Origin: an uncultured virus (IMG/VR IMGVR_UViG_3300042884_001034)
Taxonomy: Duplodnaviria; Heunggongvirae; Uroviricota; Caudoviricetes
IMG/VR virus record: IMGVR_UViG_3300042884_001034
Coordinates: 53,168-73,167 of that record
Length of the DNA: 20,000 nt
Reading direction: 5' to 3' (one strand)
Positions 6,826 through 18,800 of this stretch are shown piece after piece; the stretch's first letter is position 1; every line of letters begins with the position of its first letter. The notes under the pieces are model-generated. The model had not been told where the DNA came from. It ran no database searches and saw nothing but the letters and a program-made list of their open reading frames with translations. A program made the translations under genes and the position numbers.

Positions 6826-9800
6826 TTAACATTTATTATTTTTAATTATTGTTCCTGCTTCAGCCAATGTGTAGCCCATGTCTACAAGCATTTTTGTGTT
6901 TAATTGCTCAGATGAATATGTTTTTCCATCTTTAAGAGACACTGTTTTTTCAGTAGTTGTAGACTCCAAAGATACTAAATTTTCATCTAAATATGATAAA
7001 ATTTCATCATCTTCTTTTTCTTGTTCCACTTTTAAAAATCCATTATCTATCTTAGATTTTTTAGCTACATCATACATTTCTACAGCCCTGAAAGAGTCTC
7101 CCCAAGCATTAACCATTTTATAAATATATTCAGTAATAACAATATTTTGTCCATCTTTATTCATTGTATATTCATTAGTAAATGGTATATCTCCATTATA
7201 TATTTTTTTGAAAAGTCCTTTTTTGATATAAGAATAATCACCTTTCTTTCTCATAGCTTCTTTCTCATATTTATTTCCCACTTCCCATGTAAACACAACA
7301 TAGTCAGAGTCTGCTTCCCTGGATTTTGTATTAAACTTAATCAATTGAGGAATATCTCCAGTTTCCATAGGTTTATTAAACCCAGATAAATTTCTAAAAA
7401 AGTCAAAATTTTTATATCTCCAATTACCAAATTGATCTTGTTTTTTAACTAGTCTTCTACTAGGAACAACATCTCCATCATTCCAATTATTTCTTTGAAA
7501 AACTCCTAATTTATAAAAATCATTAAGATTTGGAATTGTCTCAAGCTTTGATAGGGTCTTATTGTAGATTTCTTTAAAATCTTCATAAGGAATAAGAGAT
7601 GTAAATGATATTGGAGACCTATTTAATCCAGATTGCAAAACAGCGAGCCTAACTAAGTTTCCATATAAAGGACTTTTTATACCTTTAAAATATTGTTTTA
7701 GTTCTTCAAAAGCATAGATAATTTGATTTTGATCATACACTTTATTATCTCTACCAACAATCTTTAAATTGTTTGTTCCGTTTTCTAGTTTTTGAGAAAA
7801 TACAGGAACAAGACTATTTATTAAAATATTATCTTTTAAAGGATGTTTGCTAGATTTTTTAACATCTACAATAAAATCTGACATTTGTTTAGCCACATTA
7901 TTATCTTCTAAAAGAATTCTTTGTACCATTGTATTAAGATCTCTATCATTCTGCACTGCCCAATCAAAAAGATCATTCACTGCCTTTTGAGAAATTTTAA
8001 CAAAATCCCTATCCGATTCATTTATATACGGAAGTAACACTTTTTCCATAACTCCTCTAACATTAGTTTGGTCAGAAACAAGTATTGTAGAAAGAGCATT
8101 TCTTAATTTAAGCAATAAATCACTTAAATTTCCTATGAAAGAATTTTCTAATATATCATCTACGGAAGATACAATAGATGTTTTTGCTTTTTTAAGTTGT
8201 TCCATTTTCTTAAATACTAAAAATGGATCATTAAAAGAAGCTGTATCAAAATTAGAACCCTGTGTAACTAAGTATAGCTGATTAGCCATCTTAGCATACT
8301 TAACAAACTCAGATAGGATAAATCTTTGATCTGCTTTCTGCTCTGGAGATAAATTTTCTCCCTCCCCAATCATATCCCATAATTTACTCTTGCTAGGTAT
8401 TTTAGTGGGCTTTGTAATAGATGAATCATATTTAGAAATAACATCTTCAAATATGTCCCCAATAAATAACCAAGAATACCCAGACCTTTCTATGGATTTT
8501 AAATAATCTCTCACAATGGGTTGGTTCATGAAATAAGCAATAGTGTCGATTGGTACACCTATCTTAGCTAAAAACAACCATGTACTAGCTACATTAGGAG
8601 TGGCTCCTAATTCCATAATCCAGGGTCCTTTAGATATATCCACATATCCATCAATAAACTGTCCATTTATATCTGATATATCTTGGCCTTCTGCATTTTC
8701 TATCATAGAAAGTGTAGGAACTTTTTCTCCATCCACTTCTATACTGTTATACTGTTCAAAGTTAATTTCTGCATCACCCAACCACTCTCTGTCAGCAGCA
8801 TCCTGTATTGCTAATTTATTTTTATCTATGTAAATAGGAGATCTCTGATTTAATGAGTGATTAGTTTGACTTACAGCAGCAATACCAATAGCATATTTAC
8901 CACTAACAAATGCTTGTCTAAGTCTTGACATAAACACCCTGTTTAACATGTTTCCTGTAGAATCATAGTTAAAAGCCCCCACTCCTAATTTATCAGAGAT
9001 TTTTTTAGATAAATCTTTAAGTTGATCTGCGGAGTTTGGAGAAGTAAGTCTTTTGAAATTTTTAGGATGAGAAACAAGTTTTTCACAAGACTCTATATAT
9101 TCATTTTCTAAAGACTCTTTGTACATTTTGTCTTTAAACTCTTCTAATAAAATCTGCTGTACATCCCAATTAGTTAATTCAGAAAGTTTTTTACCAAGTT
9201 TTTCTAATCTTTTTATAAAAATTTCCTCAATATCAGCAACTAATAATTTACCGTCTTCAGTTTCTTTTTCAAACATTTGTTTAAAAATAGGAATCCATTT
9301 ATTAGCTGTTTTGTCACTAGATATTCCCAAAGAAATATCACTGAATAAAGACTGTAAATCAGCTGTAGATATTTTTTTAGCTTCTGCTTTATCTATTTTG
9401 CTTTGTAAAATATCAAAGAAAATATCTTCATATTTATTTTTGTTATTAGGATCTATACCAAAAAATGGTACAATCTCTATATTTCCTTTAGCATTTTTAA
9501 ATACGTTTTTAAAGTATATAGAAAGTTTATCTATATCAAAGTCAGATCCCACTTTCTGAACCAATGCTGAAGGAATTACAACAGAGTCTCCAAATTCCTT
9601 AGGAAGAAATCTTTTAATTTTAAAAACATCAATAGAGTTTTGCTTTTGTGTAGGAATACGGTATGCAAGTCCAGATAGAATTTTTTGTCCTTCTGGAGTT
9701 TCATTTAAATATTTTAAAAGCTCTTCGTCAGACAAATCACTCTTAAACCATCTACCCACCATTATTTCACACACACGTTTACCATCCTCATCCTTATAAA

Positions 9801-12800
9801 ACTCAAGAGTGTCAGATGTATATCCTAGTTTTCCGTTAATTTCTCTTAATTCTGTTTTTGTAGATTCTAATAAAGCAGCAGGAATTTGTACTTTTAATCC
9901 ACCAGAAATTTTAGGAGAAATTACTTCCTTATCTGCTATGGAATATAAAATATTTCTTATTTGTTGGTAGGCAGGTGTGGCCTCTAATATTACAGAACCT
10001 TCTGCATAATTTCTTACAGCCTCACTTATATTATCATTAACCTCTCTTTTTAATAACTCTTGTCTTAAAAACTCTGCAACTTTTTCAATATTCTCTGGTT
10101 CAATAACATATCCATCAGCAGTTTCTGTTATATGCAATTTATTCAATAAAGACTTATATCCATTTACAGCAATAGCTTCTAAAAGATTTTGGTTGTTTTT
10201 TATCTCTTTGTAGAGAGAAGATTCTTTTATTCTACCTTCTTCGTCTAATGCATACCAAGCTTTATACCTTTCTGGAAATGTTTTTGTTTCTTCAAAGTCT
10301 ACAGGAACTCCTGCTTCCATATAATCCATAGTGATGAGTTTTGTCACCTGGGATCCTCTAGTTACCAAAGGAGTGTCTTTAGAAGGCACTTCAGATTGAA
10401 CACTCATTATGTCAAAAGGAACATTGAACACTCCTTCAAACTCATTAGTGTTAAAACTACCATCCTCGTTATATACAGAATTAGTTTTTTCAGCTCCCAC
10501 TTTTCTAGCACTCTTAAACACTACATAATCAATGTTTTCTTCCTGCATTTTATCATAAAGCTTTAATGCGTTGGAAGAAGCATTTATCTCATACATCACT
10601 CTATATGATAATGGATATAATGCAAACTTGTCTAGCATTACATCATTGTAATTTTTACCATTATCTTTATTTCCAGCTACAATAGGTTTAACTGGTGTAT
10701 AAGTACTCTTTGCAGCAGGATTCTTATTAAGAAGCTTTTGTAACTCTTCTTTAGAGGCTCCTGATTTAGCAGCTTCTTCAAATTTAATATCAAACTTATA
10801 TTGAAGCTCTTCGTTTTCATTCCATTCTCCAGAACGAATTCTAAAATTTCTATACGCTTTAAAAGAAATTATACCACTACCATCCGTTTCTTCATATTCT
10901 TTATATCCAGGAAGATCAATCACTCCTACAATATCAGCTAGTGTTGTGGTCTTAAAGTAATTCTTATTAAAATCTGTATACCCTAAATCTCCTTTTTTAA
11001 AGCCTTTATTCCAAACATTATTTAATAGCGAATTTATATTGTCCGATCCTAATAAACGTTGTCTAGGAGAGAGAAAGTTTTTAATACGTTTTAATTCATC
11101 ACTGTATTGATAAGGATCTGAATACAATAACTTATGAAACTCTATATTGTTAATCATAAAGTTGATATTCAAAGCTGTCAACTCTCTGTTTAAATCATCA
11201 ATATTTTCAAACACAGACTCTGAAAGTGCTATGTTTTCCACTTCCCAGCCTAAATCTGTTTTATTTATAATACCATAAGAAAGTAAATTATTTCTAAATT
11301 TATTTACATCTTCCCCAATAAAACTCTTTAGAGCAGCATTAATTTTTGACTCATATTTTTTATAAACTTCTTCTGGAGTTCCAGTTTCTTTCACAATATC
11401 ATTATGCAACTTCTCTCCAAGAATAGGTTTAAAGAATCTAAGATCTGTACTTTTTCTAGTTTTTGTCTCTTTTGTGTTTCTATTTACATCTCTAGATAAT
11501 AGTAATTCTGAAATAAAATATCCTTTAAATATTTTATTAACATCTTCCATTCCTGTAGCTCTTAATCTTTTTACAGAAACATGATTACCCATATATGCCA
11601 TCCATTCCATAGAAGCATCTCCAGGGACAAGATTCATATAATATCCATTAAGATTTAAATTAATTTCTTGTATTAATCTTTCTCTATAGGTTAACTTAGA
11701 AGATTCTTTTTTCTTACCACTCTGTTCATTAATTGTACCATCTACATATCCTATAGATAAATAGTTTTCAATATCTTCTCTTTTTTCCCCTGTCTCTAAA
11801 TTAAACATTTTGTTTAATATAACAGAATTCTTAACAAAAGAATCTGTTAATAAATACTGATATTGAGCGGGAACATCATTTAAATTGTTAACCTGAGAAA
11901 GTACATCGTAAAGATCACTACCAGGATTGGTTCCTATAAAAGACTGCACTCTTTCTCCATTAAGATTGAAATATGTACTGTCAAATTCTGGAGTGGTAAT
12001 TATTGCTTTTATTGTAGCTAGTTTTAATAGCTGGCCCTCAATATCTAACACCTTACCAGATATAGTGGCTATTTCTTTAGCTTGCTCAATACTTGTTCTA
12101 ATACCATCTACAGCTGTGTTAAATACTTTTAATTTATCACTGTTAAGAGATTTTAATTCTTCCTCTGTAAAAGATATTCCTAATTTTTCTAAAAACGCTA
12201 TTCTTGCTGATGCACTTAAAAGAGTTTTAGGAACAGATTTAGGCTCTCCTTTAAATCTTCTAGTCTTATCATCATATACAAAATAAGAACTTTTCTTAGT
12301 TTTTATTGCATCAACTATTTGAGAAATAAAATCTGATCTTAATTGTCTTGCTGCAGAAGAAAGATTTGAATCTCCTATTACAACATCATCATTAGAAAGA
12401 ATAAATACTGCTTTTACATCAGCATTCATTTTCTTAAATGTTTTCCAGAATGAAGCAAGTAATTGGGCCTCATGTGGTTCTGTTAAATTAGAATAATCAA
12501 TTCCTTTAACAGTTATAGCAGATTTAGTAAGTCTTTCATATAATGTTTTATAATTATTATCTTTTAAACCTAATTCTTTAAGTCCTTGTAACATTTCTTC
12601 TATAGTCTTGGCACTATGAACTTGGTTCATTACTTTCATAAAAACCTCACTAGTAGGAATTAACTTAGCACCATTCACTGTAGAACGGTCCATATTACCA
12701 TCTCTATCCACTCTAGCAACAGTGGATAATAACATTTTTATAGCTGCATTAGCCTTTTTAAAATTGTCAATTTTTCTAGCATCTTGATAATCTGATTTTC

Positions 12801-15800
12801 CAGAGTTATTTTCATCTGTTAATGTTGCATTATCATTCTCATCAAATTCTATTGAATATCCTCTTAAATATTCCTCGTGTTTAAATTTAAACTCATCCCA
12901 ATTATCTTCTACAGCCTTCCATAAAGCAAGAGATTTTTCTATGTGAGGAGCCCCTTGTTTTTCTGTAAATGTACCTTTCTCAATTAAAGCTTTTGTAGAA
13001 CTTACAGTTTTAAGAATGTCTTTTTGAACTTGGTCTTTTAATTTTATATATAATTCCGTTTTGTTAATATTTGGAATAGTAAAAAAGCTTTTATTATCTC
13101 TGAAAATATTCTTTAAAGTGAGGTAGGTCATGTTTTGTATAACATCATGTCTCTCCTGACCATTCATTCCAATTATACTAAACTCTGCCCCAGCATTTGC
13201 AATAGCTTCTTCTATATCAATCACTCCTTCTTTAGCGAAAGAAAGTGCTGAGTGATATGGAGAATATTGTTTGTAATATCCATTTCCTATTTTAGAGAAT
13301 AGTTTTTCTGTATTACTTTCAGCTTTATTTCCTGTAAAAAATTCCTTAATAAAACTAACAAGGTCTGCAAATAATTTTAATATAAATGGTCTTCCAGAAG
13401 TTGGTTTACCTGGAATTTTTTTATACATTACATAATCTCTAAACTCTTCTGCTAGTTGTTCTTTAGCTTCTTGATTAGTGGCCTCAGAATATTTAACTTC
13501 TTTTCCTGTAGGTCTGTCTATAAAAGAACCTTTTCTAGCTTTAAACTCAGCTAATACATTAGCTTGTTCTTCAGCATCAGAAAACATTTTCCATACAGCT
13601 TCAAAAACCTCATGGTAAACAGTGCCCACTTCCGCATTCTCATATATGTATATAGCACCGTCTTGAAACATACCCCAAGCTTGTCTACCATTAGTAGCTT
13701 GTATTACATTCTTCACTCTATATACAGGAACATTTGGAAAGTTTTCTTTTAACCACTTTTCCACCTTCTGCCAATTCTCTCCCTCAAATTTTTCTATTTC
13801 TTTAGCAATCTTTTCTCTAAACACAGGACCATCTTCATCAGAAGATTCCATCATTTGTCTTCTTATTTTGTCAAGATCTGACTCTGTCATTCCTTCAGAT
13901 GCAACTTCTGTTTTAGCTTCCTCACTTATAATTTTTGCTGCTACAGGAGCTGTTTGTTCAGTCACTTTCTTTTTATATTCTTCTATCTGTGGAGCTAAAG
14001 TTTTTACAATTGATCCTGCAAAAGCATCTTTAATTTGTTCTTCTGGTGCGTTAAGATCAGCTATTGCTTTTTCAATACCATCTCCAGACAGTTCTCCTTG
14101 AAACACTCCTTTTATAGCATCATATGAAAAATTAATATTATATTTACCTAAAAGGGTAATGTTATTTTTTGCCTCTCCATCAAATGTATAGCCATCAACA
14201 ACTATTTTAGCTGCTGGTGTAGGAGCTACAGGAGCTGCTGGGGCTGTTGGGGTTAGCACCTTCGGTGTTGTTACCACTGTTTTTGGAATAACAAACTTAT
14301 CTGCATTATCAGTGATTGTAAAATAAACCCCTTCTCTATTAACATCTTCCTCATTTTTTAAAGGACGAGCTATTGTTGTAAGAGGAATATTCTCTGCATT
14401 TCTTTTATTACCATCCGCATCTTTATTAGATAGTAGATAAGATTGGTAGTTAGGCCATGTTTTTATTTCTAAAGATCCATCTTTTTTAACACCAATAATT
14501 TCAGAATAAGGTTCATTCCAAGATTTATTTATAATAGTGGCATTAACATTATTATACATGTCCTGTATAAGAGACATTAAATTATCTTGGTTTTCTTGAA
14601 TGGATAATGGACCAAAAGGAATGTTTCCTCCTTTTCCAGATAAGAATAATTTTAATATTCCATCTGCATCTTTTTCAAACCATATACTATTATATCCTGG
14701 ATTCTTTCTGTTACCATCAACCACTTTAGGAACTCCCCAATATACAACAGATTTGAGCCAATCTAATATAACTAAAGAATCTGCTGATTTAGCATTACCA
14801 TCTTTTTCTACATTTCTAGAAAGTCTTAAAATCATATTATATATTAAAGAAGCTTCTTTCTCATTAAACTTTCTATTGTTTAGTTTAACAAGACCATTTG
14901 CTGTCTTTAATAATGGTCTACCTTTAGCATTAGTAAATGTAACGCTACCATTTTCTTCCGCACCTTCTGTAGTACGAAGAACAATTACATTATTGTTTTC
15001 TAATCCTTTTGGAACAAGTCCAGCCTCTTCTACAGAGTTTTTAGCTCGGTAGTTAGTCTGTTCAACTCCTTTATCATCTGTATATTTTTCATTTTGTAAA
15101 ATACCAAATGAAGCGTCTATTCTATATTGTACAAGGTCAACAGTTGATAATATACCATCTCTCCATGTTTTATACTGCTCTATTAATGCCTTTTTAACAT
15201 TATCTGGAGTGGTATTTCTAAACATAGAAGATGGCTTACCACTCTTACTATATTCAGCACTCCATTCTAATCCCTCATCAGGCATCACCTGATATATTGC
15301 ATTATCTAATTTATCTACTCCTTCAGGAATAACTTCTCCATTAACATCAACAAGTTCTCCATCTGTATTAACCATAACAAGAGCTATCACTCCTGCTTTT
15401 TGCTCTGGTGTGCCTTCTCCAAAAAGTCTATCTATTAATCCAGGTATAAGACTAACTTGGTTGTTAATTGTAACTAATACACCACGGATATTTGCTTTAT
15501 TAGGAAGAGTGGGGAAATTGTTACCAAACTTATTAGCTCTTATATGATGAGGCTTGTCTGACTTTGAAGGCACCTTTGTACTAGTGACAATAGAAATGTC
15601 ATCCTTTTTAGCATCAGGCTCATAAGTTTCATCATACTGAAGAGTTTGTTGATCAGCTACCATTGTTCCTAAAATAGCTTGTTTAAACTCTTCATTTTTA
15701 GCCAGTCTAGCTTCCTGTTCTTTTTGTTGTTTATGTTTTTTAGCTACTTCCTCAAATGTATTTAAAATTAATTCTTTTGCTTTAATTTCTTTTTCTACCT

Positions 15801-18800
15801 CTTTAAGCTGATTTTGTAACCCCTCCATTTCTTTCCTAAGTTCTTCTAAAGATCTTTCATTAGGAATGACGTCAAGTTCATCTATATCAGCAATATCTCT
15901 TTCAAATTCAGAAAGATCTGATAATAGATTTGGGTTTGCCTGTAAGTAAGATTGATAATCTGGATAGACACCTTTAGCAGAAAGATCTTTATTTAAAAAC
16001 TCTACAAGTCCTAATGGTGTATATGGAAGATTTGGATATTTTGCTTCAAATTTCTTAATAAGATTTAATGCAAAATCAACAGCAGTTTTTAATGCACCAT
16101 CCACTTGATCCATTAATTTAGACAAAGCATTAATTTGTTTTCCTACACTTTCTTGTAATAGGTTTAAATTTAAAGCTTGCTCATTAAGATCTTCTAGTAG
16201 CTCTCTACTGTTTTCAGGGAACTCATCAATATTTTGAGCCATATCAGCTACATAAGACTGATTAAACTCTATCTCATCTCTTTCAGCTTCTAATGCTTCT
16301 ATTTCTAAACGAAGGTCTTCCTTCATTCTAGAAAGTCTATTAGCAGCTTTAATTGCTTTATTTGTAGAAGATTTAAAATTGTTTTTCTTAGTGATAGCAC
16401 CACTACTAATTTTTTCTTCTAATACTTTCATCTCCTCAACAATCCTATCCACTTGCTCTTTTTTCTGAGCAATAAGTGTATTAGTTTTGTCTAGCTTAGC
16501 AGAAAGATTGTCAAATAAATTAGTAAGTATTTCAAGTCTACTAGCTCTTCTTGCTTCTATTCTTGCGTCTCTTTCAGCAGCAAACTCTTCTTCTGATTTT
16601 TGTTGAACAGCTGTAAGAGTACCAAAAGCTTTTATCATTCCATGTTGGTAGCCTTCTTTAGCTTTAAAGTCTTGTCCTACAATTTCTTTTGTTCTTATTT
16701 TTCCTTTTGCATCTTTGTATACAAATAATAAAATTCCTTCTTTAGGAGAATATTGAAGTCTTCCTTTTGCAGGCTGTCCATTCACTTTAATACCGTAATG
16801 TTCATATACGGTATTAATATTATCCATGTAAAACTTAGCTTTTTTATTTTTTTCTGTATCACTCACCTTCCCCAACTTATAACTAGCCAGTTCTTCCTTA
16901 GATATATTTTTAATAATTCCTGTAGACCCTTTTATTCTTATTGTGCCATCCTCATTTTCACCAAGAATTGTTAACTTAGGAAAGTTATGAACTTCTTTAC
17001 CATCTTTACTATAAGAGACAACACTACCTAAATAATACTCTGTACCCACTTCAATATCTTCTTCCCCATCTTTTGTCTTAATTTTAACAATCTGCTTTTC
17101 TTTAATTTTTGTATCAGGAGCAAATTCTTCTTCTTCCTCTTCTGTATATTTCTCTGGATTGTTTTTAATATCATTATATTCATCTAAAAACTTTGCTCTA
17201 CGTGCTGACAATTCAGCTACATCTTCTAGAGCTGTTTTAAGATCTGCCACTTTTTCTGGTAATAAATTTTTACCAAGAGCATCAATTTCTGCCATAGCAG
17301 CATTGAAAGAATCACTACTTCCAGCTACAACATCATTAATAACTGTATCAACATCTATATTTATAGCCTCCAAAGAACCAGATAGTTGTGGTATTCTTTT
17401 ATCATAATCTGCCACTTTAGTAGCAGCATAAATCATTTTATTTATTGTCTCTGGAGAGTATACAGGTTTACCATCTTTGGTGATAAGATTACCATATCTT
17501 AAATTAATAGATTGGTATAAAGATTTTATGCTATCAGCAGTTTGTTCAAGATTTTCTATTCTCTGTAAATATTGCTCTCTAGTGTCTCCCTCTAATGCTT
17601 TACCCTCCGCCTTTAATTGTGCAAATCCTTCTTCAGTCATTGCTAATTTTCTATAATCTTCTATGTCAGAACGAACAAGATCCATTCTGCCATATTTAAT
17701 TCTAGGTGTTAGGTAGTTGATAATATAATCTTGTTCAAGATCTTTACTCTCTAAAACATCTCCTTGTCTTAAAGCTTTTTCTCTATCCTCTTGAATAGCA
17801 GTGCCTCTATTAACAGCAGATATTGTTTCCTTTGTAAAATCAGAGAATTTCCATTCATTGGCTTTTTTAATAAATTCTGCTGTATCTTTTGCTTTTTCTC
17901 TACTCTCTTGTATTTTCCCTTTAGCCATCATTAAGGCCCCAGATAAACCACCAATAAGGACATTTTCCATTCCCTCGTTAGTAGTGAGGGTTTGTTTAAC
18001 TCCTTCTTTAAGACTATCAATAAAATCAGCTGAAGCTCCTCTGTATTTTTTATTATAATAATCTTGTGTGCCTGATTGAATAGCAAATTGTGCGCCTTCT
18101 TCAAAAGCTTCAGATATAGAAAATGTGTAAGGCCTTATATTATTTAATGTAGATAAAACTCTGTTTTTAAAGAATGAAGGGGCCTTTACTAAATTACCAG
18201 CAGCATCTTTAGTAACATCTGCCACTTCTTTTGTAAGACCATTAACAATCCCTTTTTCAGCCTTATACGAAGCTCCTAGTATTTTAGGAAACTGAATATA
18301 GTTAGTAGCTGTTAATAGAGCAGTGTTAAGAAGGAAAGAAGATGTACCTACATTTTCTGCCTCATTATTAATTTTTTCAAGATCTTTACCTGTTGGAGCA
18401 AGTCCAAAGTTTTGTGCTTTATATTCCTCTATTTTCTTTTTTCTAAATTCATTAGAATTATTATAAGCTTCAAATCCTGCCTCTCCTGTTGTAGCAAGTC
18501 CTGCAACAACAGCTCTACCACCAGCATTAAGACTATTATATGTAGATAGGTATTTATCAGAAATACTTTTTATCTTACCAAACATGCTAGCTCCTTTATC
18601 AGCAGCAAGAAGAGCCTCTTCTGTAGCCACTAAAGCTTCTGCAGATTTACCTGCTGCAAATAGTTTTGATGTAAGAGGAAGAGCTTTTAAAACAGAAGCA
18701 TACACACCTCCAGATAAAGCAGCTCCTGCTGAAAATCCCATATTTTTAATAATGCCATCCCAGAAGAAATTAGCTGTAAACCATTTCTTAGGAGAGTACC

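Noticed and set aside
9520..9670. Cellular rpoC or eukaryotic RdRP assignment
   Set aside because: The motif is GSDFDID rather than NADFDGD or DLDGD, and the size and gene context fit a crAss-like virion RNAP. No gene symbol was given.
6826..13200. Inteins or self-splicing introns in the RNAP gene
   Set aside because: The frame is uninterrupted, and I see no C/S...HN-C/S/T splice junction pair or LAGLIDADG/HNH motif.
15680..16600. SMC or tape-measure protein call for the coiled-coil region
   Set aside because: No Walker A/B motifs or tape-measure periodic repeats are visible; it is generic coiled coil within the RNAP-bearing chain.
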